DNA of 62,591 nucleotides, counting the filler, from Sphacelaria rigidula (Eukaryota), in assembly GCA_964200075.2 (NCBI GenBank). It is 7 parts of 7 records of this genome, joined end to end, with 100 filler letters (N's around TTAATTAATTAA, not from the genome) between each part and the next. Parts side by side here need not be neighbours in the genome. Positions count along the whole stretch, not along the records: positions 1 to 8,857 come from CAXNAA020009923.1; positions 8,958 to 17,813 come from CAXNAA020009924.1; 5 more parts are not named here. One strand, given 5' to 3'. The position numbers were made by a program, and so were the translations under genes. Under the pieces are notes generated by a model. The model made no database searches, was not told the DNA's origin, and saw nothing but the letters and a program-made list of their open reading frames with translations. Shown here piece after piece: positions 1 to 11,459 of the stretch (positions are counted from its first letter, which is position 1; each line of letters opens with the position of its first letter).

Positions 1-246
1 TATCACATAATCATCATCCAGCATCCTACATGATAAACGCAATGGCTTGGCACCATTTTGGGCTACAGACCTTGGGGCTGCTTGGACTAACGACCACTTC
101 CAGACCCGCGCATTCCTCAAACTGCGTGCAGATCTGGGTTCCAATTTGTACAAAACTGCTTGTCGATAGGACTCGAGACTGGTCGTTATGGGGCCGATCC
201 CCTGTCGAAATGGGATTGTGAAAATGGGGGTTATCCCATTCGTTAA

Positions 247-344
247 CCCTTACCGCGAGATGAGTCTTTCGAGAGATCATGCATACTTTTTTTCACTTGA
301 ATTTGATGCCGATTCAACAGAAGACTAACCTCGCGGTCTAAGGG
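247..344. mobile_element. ~100-bp piggyBac-like MITE (TTAA|CCC...GGG|TTAA type)
   Basis: ttaa-cccttaccgcgag ... ctcgcggtctaaggg-ttga. Related copies at 34214-34315, 35006-35104 and 36423-36520. Confidence 0.55.
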
Positions 345-676
345 TTGAGAAGGGCCCTAACGCTAACCCTAACCCTGACCCCGACCAAGGCATACCGAGA
401 ACCCTCGGGCAAGGGGGTGCAGAGTGTTCCTTAGGCCAAGTGTGATGAGGTGAACAGCCTTTTCAGTGTAGTCTACAGTACTGATCAGCCACGGTACAGA
501 GGTATCCGTGTTCACGGGTTGTGACAGTTCCATGCGGTGGGATTTGATACCATTGTAGGCGTATGTCTTGTACCTACGTACGCAATGCTTGCTTGTCATA
601 ATGTTGGGGTAGCCACACCCAGTCACTTCGTTCTCTTCCTTCTTTTTCTTCCTTGACTTGCTTGGTCAAGCAATGT

Positions 677-937
677 AAATGTAGCGTTCAGAATGAAAGC
701 GGTGTTTGCGGAGGCGTTTACGAATTCTGACAAGGTGGGACGTACGTACAGGAAAACGGTACGTTGTCTGTCCCTGTTCCCAGCTGCAGTGCCACGGCCA
801 GTAGAAAAGTTGACTATCGCAGCTAGGTTGCCGCACACACACGAGTACAGATACTATCACCACCAACGAGTAGCATTCATCTAGCAGCGGCTGACTGGTA
901 TTAAGCAGCACAAGAAGGAAGAAATAGGCAAGAACTA
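677..937 (+). repeat. 5' copy of terminal direct repeat of the Ngaro-like element
   Basis: aaatgtagcgttcag...ggcaagaacta aligns with 6886-7143 at roughly 90% identity by eye. Confidence 0.85.
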
Positions 938-1897
938 GCGCGCTTCGCAGAGGATCGATCGTGCGGGACTGGCACACTGTCTGTAGCTGTGTGAGAGGCG
1001 ATTGTCCTGGGTACCATGTACGGTTCTACGGGATCGACAACCCGTGCATCTGCGCAACGGAATCGGAGACTGCTGGATGACTCCCTCACGGTAGGTCGAA
1101 TGTCACATCACAGGTCCACAGCTCCGGTTGCGCCAAGAAGGAAGGAGAATGTACGGTGTATAACACCCCTAAAGTGAACAGTCTTGAATCTGTACTTGTC
1201 TAGCGCTGAGTGAGAAAAATATATATCCTACTGTACAATACCCGAAATGTTTTGTTCATTGTTGAGAATATCTTAGAGATTTGGGCTGCACCGTTCTCGA
1301 TGTAGTGGTCGCCGAAGTTCCGAAAAAACATGTGTTTGAGAATTGCCGCTTTGGCGGATGTTGCACTCCACCGACTTATGATGATACAATTGTACATTAC
1401 GGTCCTACACAGTACAGGGATAGGGTGCACTACGCTCGGTGCCTGTGACAGCAGCAGTGCAGTCTCTAGCGCGCAATTTGATTGCTAACGCTTCGTACAG
1501 AGTTTCATTTCCTAAGCACGATTGTATTGCTCAAGTGGTGCGAGTTCTCCGCATTGCTCAAAGTGACTTGGATCTGGTACTCCTATTTTCCGCGCGAACT
1601 GGATCTCCAAGCAACAGTTTTTAGCAACAAGGACCTGGTGTTAAGTGTACAAGTATTGTAGTCAACAATAGAGTCCTTGAGGCCCTCCTGGGTGTCGATG
1701 ATGAGACTCAGCTGAGGGGGAGTTTTATGATGCAACTTCGTGGAATCCGACCGGTGAACTGGTGACATCACCATAGCAGTAGACGTGAAGATTTGGGCGT
1801 ATATCTATAGTTGACAGCATAACTACAGTACGAGTACTTGATTGTAGACTTGAGAAGTTTTTGAGGGAGAAAATATGATCTGGAGCAGGCGGACGCA

Positions 1898-2050
1898 GCT
1901 CGTCCAAAACGTGTTTTTGTCGAAATCGGCGCCTGCGGCGTCGATTTGACGTCTACCAACGCACACTTTGCCTCGGGCGTATGCACCCCCCTTGTCCGAG
2001 GGCCTCGTACGCCTTGGGTGGGGGTTAGGGTTCGCGTTATTGTTAGTTCG
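1898..2050 (+). repeat. Dispersed repeat ending in TTAGGG-like tract
   Basis: aaaacgtgtttttg...atcggcgcc...gcaccccccttg..gaggg..ggggttagggtt. Related copies at ~355-430 (-), ~32350-32560, ~35840-35970 and ~61487-61640. Confidence 0.65.
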
Positions 2051-2291
2051 TTCGATAAAAATCAACCATAGATCTACGCTTCCACCATAGCGGCATGCAC
2101 TCATCGTTTTTTTTTTTTTCGCGCTTTTGATCGCGTGCGGAATTCCACAAGAATCGGCTCTTTGGATCGGCGGAGGAGTTCACACAAGTTGGGTTGCGCC
2201 GATCAGTATAATTCACCACTTGGGAGGGTAGGAAATTTCTCAGATAGTTCGACTTGATTCTAGCGTGCCCACGCCAGTTTTGCATGTAGCA

Positions 2292-2918
2292 GGGACCAGT
2301 TACGCCATTCATGAACGTGGGGCCAGTTACCCCTTCTGTGACCATGGGGCCACTTACCCCTTCAGTGACAGTGGGGCCACTTACCCCTTAAGTGATCATG
2401 GGGCCAGTTACCTCTTCAGTGATAGCGGGGCTAGTTACCCCTTGAGTGATCATGGGGCTAGTTACCCCTTGAGTGATTATTAGGGCCAGTTACCCCTTCA
2501 GTGACAGTGGGGCCAGTTACCCCTTGAACGATCATGAGGCCAGTTACCCCTCAAGTGATCATGGGGCTAGTTACCCTTCAGTGACAGTGGGGCCAGTTAC
2601 CCCTTGAACGATCACGGGGCCAGTTACCCCAGCAGCGACCGTGCGGCCAGTTACCCCAGTAGTGGGCGTGGGGCCAGTTGCCCCTTGAGTGATCATGGGG
2701 CTAGTTACCTCTTCACTGAGCGTGGGGCCAGTTACCCCTTGAGTGAAGATGGAGGCAGTTACCCCATTTCTGACTATGGGGCCTTCACTGAACATAGGGC
2801 CAGTTATCCCTCCAGTGAACACGACGACAGGTATTCCACCAGTGATCGCAGGATCAGTTGCCACTTCACTAAACACACGGCCAGTTACCCTACCCGCGAA
2901 CCAGGGGCCAGTTACCCC
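2292..2918 (+). repeat. 27-bp tandem array (~24 units) upstream of pol
   Basis: Core GGGGCCAGTTACCCC (15 nt) plus a 12-nt semi-variable linker (e.g. ttcagtgacagt, ttgagtgatcat). Reads as GASYPLSDH or GPVTPSVTV nonapeptide repeats. Confidence 0.95.
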
Positions 2919-3082
2919 ACTACTAATCCCTCAACAGATCAAGGAGCCAGTAGTTCCGCGTCCGGTGTCAGACAGAAAACATGTATATCATGGGTTAGTT
3001 TTCAGTCTAGCGGGTCGGCGGCGGTGCCTCCTCCTAACGGGGGAGATGAGTCGGGACAGTCTGACGCTGAACTAGTAGCACT

Positions 3083-5160
3083 GTGTACTCAGAAGAAGGA
3101 GAGCTGGAAAAATCAGGTATCACAGCCAAGAAAAAAGAAGACATACTGTACAGACTCGCAAATATCTCCACGCGCATCACAGAAAAACACGGTGGACGCA
3201 TTGGGGATGTCGCGAGGTCCATCGGGGGACCGCTAGTCATGCCGCCGGTAGACCCGCACGAGATCAGGACGTATTTCGGGGAGAACAAGGGTTTCCCGCA
3301 GACAGACGAACTCTTTACTATCGTAGCGACAGGTGTCCCCGTCGGCGCGACAGTCACTGCATCCCCCACACAAGAGAACCTCGACTGCGCACTACAGTAT
3401 GGCAACCACAGTAGCGCCCACGATCAACTACCAAAAATTTGGGGAAAACGGGGGGATGATGTACGAAGGGGAAAGTGTCTGATAGTCGGAAAGTCGGCCG
3501 CCCGAAAAATCTCAAACCTGCGGTTGTCCCCCTGGGAGAAAACCCACACAGAGACCGCATTATCAACGATTTGTCCTCCGATGCGCAACACACTCGGAAA
3601 GAAAAGGAGGGCTGAACGGTGACACAAACCCTGAAGACGTGCCGGCCTGTTCATGCGGAGAAGCGCTGCAGAAGTTCCTCAAAAAGCTCATTTCGTTGCG
3701 AAAAAAATACCTCAAAAACCGCATACTAATGGCAAAGGCCGATGTATCGGATGCGTTTCGTAATGTGAGGACAGATTCAGACCACGCCCATCAATTCGGC
3801 TACGCCGTGGACAACCTAGTCGTGTGTGACTTCCGGCTCACGTTCGGCTGGTTAGGCTCGCTAGGTTTCTGGGGAGTATTGGCATCGGCGGCAGAACACG
3901 CGCACTGCAACACGAACATTGACAACGCGGCTTTACTGCCAGAAGGCAAGGAGATGACAGCTCACGAAAAGATAGTCGGTAGGTGGGAAACGGGGGAACC
4001 CACACCAATTCCAAAAGATTCTACGACCACCCCACACCCAGCAGGAGGCTTACATGATAATTTCTTCACGTCAGTGGAATTAGAGGACTACCTGCAGATT
4101 CGCGTACAGCACTCCGATGACGACACGAGCGCATTGATCGCGTCCGCGTCCCTCGCATCCGACCACGTCAGACTCTTCGGCAACGGAGAAGAAGGCGAGA
4201 CACCTATTCTAACCCCCCCAAAAGAGTACAGATTGCGATACGAGATAGAGGCGTTGGGCCTGACCATTAACTCGCATACTATGCGGGTTTTCGTATCCCG
4301 CGAGACGGTCGAGGCGCTCCGACAGACGTTGCTAACCGAGTGCCCCCCCACTCGACGTTCAGCGACTGCTAGAGAAATATTGAGCCTGGCAGAAAAGCTG
4401 TGGAACCTCACACACGCAATGCGACCAGGTAAATATTTCGTATGGAGGACTGCGACTTGCGGGGCTTCATAATTCTAGAGCGAGAGACAACCAGAGCCGC
4501 ATAGTAGAGGTAGAAAAAGAATTTCACGCCGACCTGAACTTTTGGAAGCGGGCGATCGAGGAAAACCTCCTGCAGCATGGTGAGTCTCTGAGTGCACCCT
4601 GCTACTCTATAGTAAAGCGACCTGCCCATCGACACTACCTCTCGGACGCAAGCTTCGAAGCCGTAGGCGGCTATTGCCCGGAAAAAATGACATACTGGAG
4701 ATACGACGTACCATCGGAGCTTACCGCAGAACTCAAAAGAAAAACTCAACTTCGCGAAACATGCACGATCACCATTAACCTCTTGGAACTCCTGGGGATG
4801 GTAGTCACCGCTTGGGTCATGCTCGAATAGGTGAACGACAAACCCAAAAATCAGGGCGACCCAATATTAATGCGCGGGGACAACGTAGCGGTAGTCACGT
4901 GGGTCAACCGGTGCGGGGGTGCAAAAGATAAACGCGCAGGGTTACTCATGAGAACCCTCGGGAGGCTGGAAATCACGAGGGGGTGGAGCCACGAGGCAAA
5001 ACACATTCAAGGGATCCAAGACGTACTAGCGGATGAAATTTCACGCTGGCCACGGGCGGAGCTAGACAGACGAGTAAGAGAGCATACCAACAACAGTAAG
5101 TGTTCAGAACGAGCCATCGGTCCACGGGGGAGAGCATCTTCCACGCCATCCTAAAAACCA
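3083..5160 (+). pseudogene. DIRS/Ngaro reverse transcriptase-RNase H (frameshifted)
   Basis: RT motifs KADVSDAFRNV and RLTFGWLGSLGFW, with a degenerate YxDD (VELEDY). RNase H motifs YLSDASF (~4635), INLLELLG, MRGDNVAVV and HIQGIQDVLADEISR. Split across ORFs 3083-3622, 3639-4472 and 4831-5154. Confidence 0.88.
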
Positions 5161-5337
5161 AGAATATCACCGTCCGACACGACAAAACGCTGTGGACGCG
5201 CATGGTGGAACCCAGTTGTCGATGTAATACTCGAACAACGAAACAAAAGTACCATCATCACAAACAACTACAACCCAGGCATGAATATATACATATTTAT
5301 ATATAGGTGTACTCAGTCACGTACAGTATATATAAAA

Positions 5338-6570
5338 ATGACTACCACCCTGCATACGACAGAGACGGTCATGGGGTCACTGGATAAGACATCAAGCCAC
5401 CCTCGAACCTCACCCCCCACCCCTCCTCCCCCCCCCCTGAACGCAGGAACAGGAGAAACCGGGGGGCACAGCAGGGAGGAAGTAGCGCGTATAGTTCAAG
5501 CGCTGGTGCTGGGGGGCGTTGGGGGTAGCACCCACAGGACATACAAAGCGCGTTTTGAAGTGTGGAAAAAAATGCGCTATGCACAGGGAAAATCACCCTG
5601 CTTGACTGAAAACGATGAACCGGACGACGTGATCAATGCACTGACCGAGTTCATGGCTATGCGATGTTTCGTGCACAACAACCAACACTCCACCATAAGA
5701 GGTTACCTCGCCGCTATCAAGTATTTTCATAAAGTGTATGTCGGATGGGACTTACCTACAACGCACGGCAGGATTAGGGCTGTAGGAAAAGGGATTGATA
5801 GAGCTCACGCATCGACTCAAGGAAAACCGCGCATCAGGCGGCCGTTGACTTGGGCATTGCTAAAACAAGGGCAACAGACAATAACCGAGGATCCGGATGG
5901 GGGTCGTGTCATGTGGCTTGGTCTCGCGCTCTCGTACTTCTTGCTATGCAGGGCATCCGAGTTGTGGGCGTACCCCGACGGTACCACCCATCCAGAATTC
6001 TGTTTCACCCGCAATCGCATCAGTTTTTTCGGGAAGACGTACGGTTAGATTTCGCGAACCGCGCATTTGCGAACCAAGTGAAGATTCAACTCGTTACGTC
6101 CGAATCCGATAAAAAAAAAAAGGATCAGGTTGCATCATCACGAGAACAAGGATTGTTGATTCGGTGCGATCGGGCGGAGTACCGGCGGGCGCGTTCGAGG
6201 CGTTGTTGGACTTGTTGGACGTGCACCCACAACTGCCAAGCCACGCACCCCTGACCACGAGAGCCACGCCGACGGGATGGAAGGTTTTTAATCGGATTAA
6301 AGCAGTAACCGTGTGAAAAACCATGGTCAGCCGTGCGGGTAGAGACCCGTCCGAATACGACTTACACTCAGGCAGGATTGGTGGGGCCACGCAAGCAGCG
6401 GCTCGAGGACATCAGCAGGATTGGTGGGGCCACGCAAGCAGCGGCTCGAGGAATCTCTGAACTACAGATTCAACGAGCAGGACGGTGAAAGTCGAGGGCG
6501 TTTATGGTTTACGTCCGGGAGGCGGGGGGAGGGCGCAGAGGGCGTCTCCGTCGCGCTAGGGGAACTGCGA
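5338..6570 (+). pseudogene. Tyrosine recombinase (YR) of the DIRS-like element, disrupted
   Basis: SAM-like region STIRGYLAAIKYFH, catalytic R box LALSYFLLCRASE, then LHSGRIGGAT (~6361) and GR*KSRAFMVYVR (~6481, W mutated to stop). Frameshift near 6040. Confidence 0.88.
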
Positions 6571-6885
6571 GTAGGGTAGCCAGACGTTCAAAGTGAGGGC
6601 TTAACAATATACTCGACTGTCAATCCGGCTCGCCTAATGGGGGAGAGGTGGATAGCTCCGCAGGGGATAGTAATAACATAAGCGTCAGCGTCGATTTTCG
6701 GGTTAGCCTGATTGATAGTATGCAGTGGTTTATGAGTTGATGGGGACAAAAGTGCACCGAGTGCGTACCGCATTGAGTTCGATTTTTTTTGGTTACAGGT
6801 ATTTTGATTTGCGGTAATTCTAGTGGGACACTGCCGTACGTAGAAACGGGACAACACATAATACCATAATTCTTGAGCCGAAGCA

Positions 6886-7143
6886 AAATGTAGCGTTCAG
6901 TATGAAAGCGGTGTTTGCAGAGGCGTTTACGAATTCTGACATTGTGGGACCTACGTACAGAAAAACGGTTCATTGTCTGTCCCTGTTCCCAGCTGCAGTG
7001 CCGCTGCCAGTAGAAACATTGGTCATCGCAGCTAGGTTGCCGCACACCCGAGTACAGATACTATCACCAGCAACGAGTAGCATTCATCTAGCAGCGGCCG
7101 AATGGTGTAAGCAGCACAAGTAGGGAGAAGTAGGCAAGAACTA
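6886..7143 (+). repeat. 3' copy of terminal direct repeat of the Ngaro-like element
   Basis: Direct repeat of 677-937, lying downstream of the YR ORF. Confidence 0.85.
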
Positions 7144-7945
7144 CGGGTGGTCGAGAATGAGGAAAATCGAAAAATAACAGCAAATTGTGCGAATTGAGGT
7201 TTAACTTCGAGATGAGGTTCAAGTGGGCAACCCGACTTGTGAATTTTTTGTAGTAGAATACCGAGGACAAGCTCTTATTCGGAAGAAGTGACTTGTGGAG
7301 GTGAACCCGTGATGCGTCATTTTCAGTATGTACAAGAATCGATATAAGTTAGCCGGGTGAGCACTCTTGTTCCTCTACACCACAGGAAAAAACGTGGCAG
7401 CGCACGGAGTCCATGTCTTGCGCTGAGCCCCCACCCCCGCTCAGGCTGCGCCAGCACGAGGAACAAACCCTCGATCATGCCCGACAGGGTGGCGGGGGGG
7501 GATGGGGGGGGGGTCCGTCAGGCACGACTAAGACGAGCAATGTTCGTGTCTTGGAATCGATCCGCTGCGGGTTTGTGTTTCCCCCCAATCAAAAAGTCGG
7601 TTTCAACGCAACATGGATAGGCCAAAAGATTCCGGCACGGAAACGACTAGGATACTCCCCTTCGAACCCTCCCCTCTGGCGCACAGAATGGTGCTTTGTC
7701 TTCCATCGAATTCGAGAACACGAGCAGGTAGGTGTTCCACGCACGGTGATACCATCGGTTGCGAACAACAAGCGTCGACGCCGTCTATTCTCATCAACCG
7801 GGACCCCGTGAAACCATGCTCAACGCGACAGGACGATGAACCCCTCCCTCCCCTCCCCCCACAAACTCCCAAACTCCCTACCCCAACCCAACCCCAGGAA
7901 TCTAGACCCTCGTTTTCAGAACCAAAGCCACATGCATTACATCCG

Positions 7946-8527
7946 TCAATCTCCCGCGCCGTCATCGGCAGCGTCTTCATCTTCATCTGCATCGTCTTCC
8001 TCATCATCGTCGCAGGGACTAGCGGCCGGGGTGAATCCAAGCCACCTCTTCTTAAATCCAGGGCCCCCTACAATAAGATCTCCCGCACCAATGACTAAAG
8101 GCTTCTTAGCCGCTAATCTACTGCTCCGCACGCGAGGTGGTGGTACACAAACAATGAGAGCGTGCTTATCTCCACCTTCGCTGCCTACAACGGCGGCAAC
8201 GTAAGCGTCTTTACCACCTACGTGGGGAATCTGCAACGTTATGTCAATGGTCCCATCATCGACCGTTGCTTCCCACGTGAGGTAGAAAAATGGGCATGTC
8301 TCCGCCACTTCTAGGTATAACGCCGCCTTTGCTTTACACGTCTCCTTGCCAGACTCCAACATTTTCTTTAGTTGTTTGTTGGTGGCAACCAAAATAAGGT
8401 GGATACACTGCTCCTCTACAACATGGTCGATAGATTGAAGGGCGTCCTCTGGAGCGTCGTAGATTTTATACCTCCCCCAGACGAGAATGTCCGGATAGGC
8501 GACCTCTTGGCCTTGTTTCGTGATCAC
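7946..8527 (-). CDS. Hypothetical protein (193 aa open frame, acidic C-terminus), possibly an exon or mobile/viral gene
   Basis: Longest non-TE open frame in contig 1, with globular-looking composition ending in DDDEEDDADEDEDAADD. No ATG start and no recognised domain. Confidence 0.35.
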   Translation of the reverse strand: MITKQGQEVAYPDILVWGRYKIYDAPEDALQSIDHVVEEQCIHLILVATNKQLKKMLESGKETCKAKAALYLEVAETCPFFYLTWEATVDDGTIDITLQIPHVGGKDAYVAAVVGSEGGDKHALIVCVPPPRVRSSRLAAKKPLVIGAGDLIVGGPGFKKRWLGFTPAASPCDDDEEDDADEDEDAADDGAGD

Positions 8528-8857
8528 GTCCAGCCTGTTGACCTGATCCAGGCTCGAAAACTGACCAAATTGGATTGCACGCGCGGCGGGGGTGAATGCG
8601 CGAGACGCGGTTCCTAATCACATCGCGAAGTGGGGAAACAAGAATGTGTAGTAGACTTTAAGCAGTCACTGTAGACGGGTGAAAACGATAGTACGAGATC
8701 CCGCGACAAACACCACCCCCAGATCCTCATCGATACACACTCTGAATTATCCCAAACAACAGGGTTGCCAGAAAAATGAGAAAACAGCCGATTTTATATT
8801 TTGGGGTTCAAACAAAATATGGGGCTGAAGTGGCATATCTGTCTTGCACGAAAGACC

Positions 8858-8957
8858 NNNNNNNNNNNNNNNNNNNNNNNNNNNNNNNNNNNNNNNNNNN
8901 NTTAATTAATTAANNNNNNNNNNNNNNNNNNNNNNNNNNNNNNNNNNNNNNNNNNNN
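8858..8957. other. Artificial contig linker
   Basis: 44 N + TTAATTAATTAA (stops in all six frames) + 44 N. Confidence 0.99.
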
Positions 8958-8964
8958 CGGAGGG

Positions 8965-9175
8965 TGTAATGCGTGAGAAGACCGCGTGCTTAGAGGACCG
9001 CGCCGTAGTTCAAAACACCTCAGCATCGACGTTTTTGAAAAACAATCGGGTCAGTCCCTGGAGGTACCACGACCCTAACCCTAACCCTAACACAAACCCT
9101 AGCCCTAACCCTCACCATAGGTATGTTCAAATTCCGATGCGGTCCTCTAAGCACGCGGTCCTCTCACGCATTACA
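8965..9175. mobile_element. MITE with TGT...ACA termini, 37-bp TIRs, 4-bp TSD (AGGG) and internal (CCCTAA)n; Ginger-like
   Basis: TIR tgtaatgcgtgagaagaccgcgtgcttagaggaccgc matches the other end at 36/37. Flanked by aggg on both sides. Confidence 0.8.
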
Positions 9176-10391
9176 AGGGTATCAGCGTTGTGGCGCGCAT
9201 ACATACAGTAGTATAGTACAGTACACTGCAGTAGGCCTCTCCGACTGAAGCAGCAGCTGCCGCTGCTTACTCCCTTGCACGTTCTGGGCAATTCTTAGCT
9301 ACCGAGATCAACTGCCTCTGTACCGCTTCTTCATCCCCGCCCACTACATACATGTTGACTGTACCCTGCAGGTCATCGCCAGAGGGATAAGCGGAACTCA
9401 TGACAGTAGATCATTTTGTGTTTCGACAGCCCACCTGGTTTTAGGGCGTGGTGAAAATGACCACATGGTAGCATGTACACTCCTTCCCGGTTTTCCGGTC
9501 GACCCTGTGTTGGTGTAATTACTACGTTTTAGTAGGAAATTGAGACCCGAAAAACCCACCGGAAAACTCGGGAAAGGTATACTGAGTGCAAGTCACATCA
9601 TCGTATACCAAGCTCGGCTAGCCCTGCATTTGGAAACCTGCGAAGGCTTCTCTGGGCCAGGGATAGGGTCCCCACACGATCTTTACAGTGGCATCATACT
9701 CGCCAACAACCCCAGCACCGATCGTTCGTGTCTGGTCGATAAATTTCGCCTCGCCGTGATTGGGCAGGTCGCTCGAAGACTTGTTTATTATTATTTCACT
9801 AACACGGGGTCAACCTTGTGTCAGTTGGGGGTCGGTCCCAAAAGGGTTCATCTCCTATTAAGTCTTCGCTTTCGATGACGTCGCTCCGCCGCGCGCCCTC
9901 AGGCCCTTGATCTTCTATGCTATCTACTCGATCCTGTATAATAGTTTGCCTAGACTGTACGTCTCAAAGAAGATCGGTCAATGTGCTAAATTGACCGTTG
10001 AAAAGGCTCATCATGTTTTCAAGTTGATTCTCCAGCCGTCTATCGTTTCTGCAGAAGACGAAACGTTACCATCGTTCCCAGCCATACTAGCTCAACCGAT
10101 TGATCACTAGTGTATTCCTTGGCTCAGGCGCAGGGTAATGGTTTTATATTTTATATTAGAGAGCACCCACGTAATACTGTAACTTGGGAGAGTACTGAAG
10201 AAGAGGGAGGCTGGTGAGAGTGGTCGGTTGGGTGCAGCGTGCGCACCCCCGTGATCCGAACTGTGCCACATTCGCACACACTTGACTGCCAGCACTCGTG
10301 CGCCACCCCGATCCCCTGTTCTACATAGATCCAGCATTACTGTGTACCTGGATCAGTCGAATACATGTGTCGCTTTGTCAGTCGCCTTAGG

Positions 10392-10637
10392 TACTTTCTA
10401 CGATAGCCCCCCCCCCAAAGGTGCATGGTTTTGGAAGGCAAAGTCTTCACATAAATCGAAATGGGAAACGCCGAGAGCACAACGAACAGCTGGGAATTCC
10501 CACACTTGGGTTTGTTTTAGCCAATTTTGCCAATATGAGGCGCTTCATGCGGCCTGAACCCAAGCATCAGGCGCTGTATGGTCATTTGTTTTGTGACACT
10601 TTTGGGCTAGTTTTGGGGGGGGCTATCGTAGAAAGTA
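10392..10637. mobile_element. MITE family A (TIR ..ACTTTCTACGATAGCCCCCCC)
   Basis: Clear TIRs. Homologous internal sequence at 14083-14337, 59261-59511 and a partial copy at 43197-43315. Confidence 0.85.
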
Positions 10638-11459
10638 TCCTTATTGTCCCACCGCATCTAAAACTCGTAGTTCTCTGGTGGCTGATGGCTAAACGATGCC
10701 CCTGCATTTCGTGTTTGCTTCCCAGGATCGGTTTGCGTTTGAGCGAGCAGCAGAATTCGAAGCTCTGCGCGTCGATGAGGTGAGGAGTAAAATGGAATAG
10801 GTGCCGGTTGAGGAGTGGTAGGGACGGGGCGGTGCCCGTGCAAAATGTGTTGGTGCCCTGAGGCATCCTCGTTCCTGCTCCTTTGTACCTCTGCTAAAAT
10901 ATTATGTTGATGAATTGTCTCGCTTTTGTTCCAATCGTCATGATATGGATCTCAGTTTACCCTACACGCCATATGAGGTGGTTTTCCATTACCCCCTCCC
11001 GCAGAAGACCGTAGGTTGGACCTTGCTCCTTTAAACCCTGGGATCTCGATACCTCATATCCTCTCATCGGGAATATTCTTAACTTCTGTACCTGAGCTAT
11101 CAATCTATCTATGCCGTTGGCTGCATATTCCGGAGAGGACTGATGGTAACTGTCGACAGGGCAGCTTCCTTCTTCGCCTGACCTAGATTGAAGGTTATCC
11201 ACCTGTGTTCAGTCGCTCTTACTGATTGACGAGGCAACCCGGGAAAGTTGGGCGATATATTGATGATGTTATATGCCGTAGTCATGTGGCCATTGACCTT
11301 GCATACCTACACAGCCGGGACGGAGCATGCCGGGTGCTCGCTGGATCAGGCTCGTCATCAATGACTGGTGTGATCGGCGAGTCGCATGAAGGATTGGCTG
11401 CATCCTGCTATGATTGTTCGGCATGAAGCGTAGAGATTATGTGGCACATGGATGAAAGA

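Larger units (their letters stand above)
677..7143 (+). mobile_element. DIRS-order (Ngaro-like) tyrosine-recombinase retrotransposon, decayed
   Basis: RT, RNase H and tyrosine recombinase occur in that order on +, bracketed by a ~260-bp direct repeat (677-937 and 6886-7143). Multiple stops and frameshifts. Secondary insertions lie between ~1200 and ~2260. Confidence 0.85.

Noticed and set aside
355..375. True telomere
   Set aside because: The CCCTAA tracts are short, degenerate and embedded in dispersed repeats.
2292..2918. CRISPR array
   Set aside because: The core is only 15 nt, the linkers are 12 nt, mutually homologous and repeated, there are no cas genes, and the context is a eukaryotic retroelement.
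8902..8913. TTAATTAATTAA as a biological motif or piggyBac site
   Set aside because: It is identical in all six N-flanked gaps and is an artificial linker.
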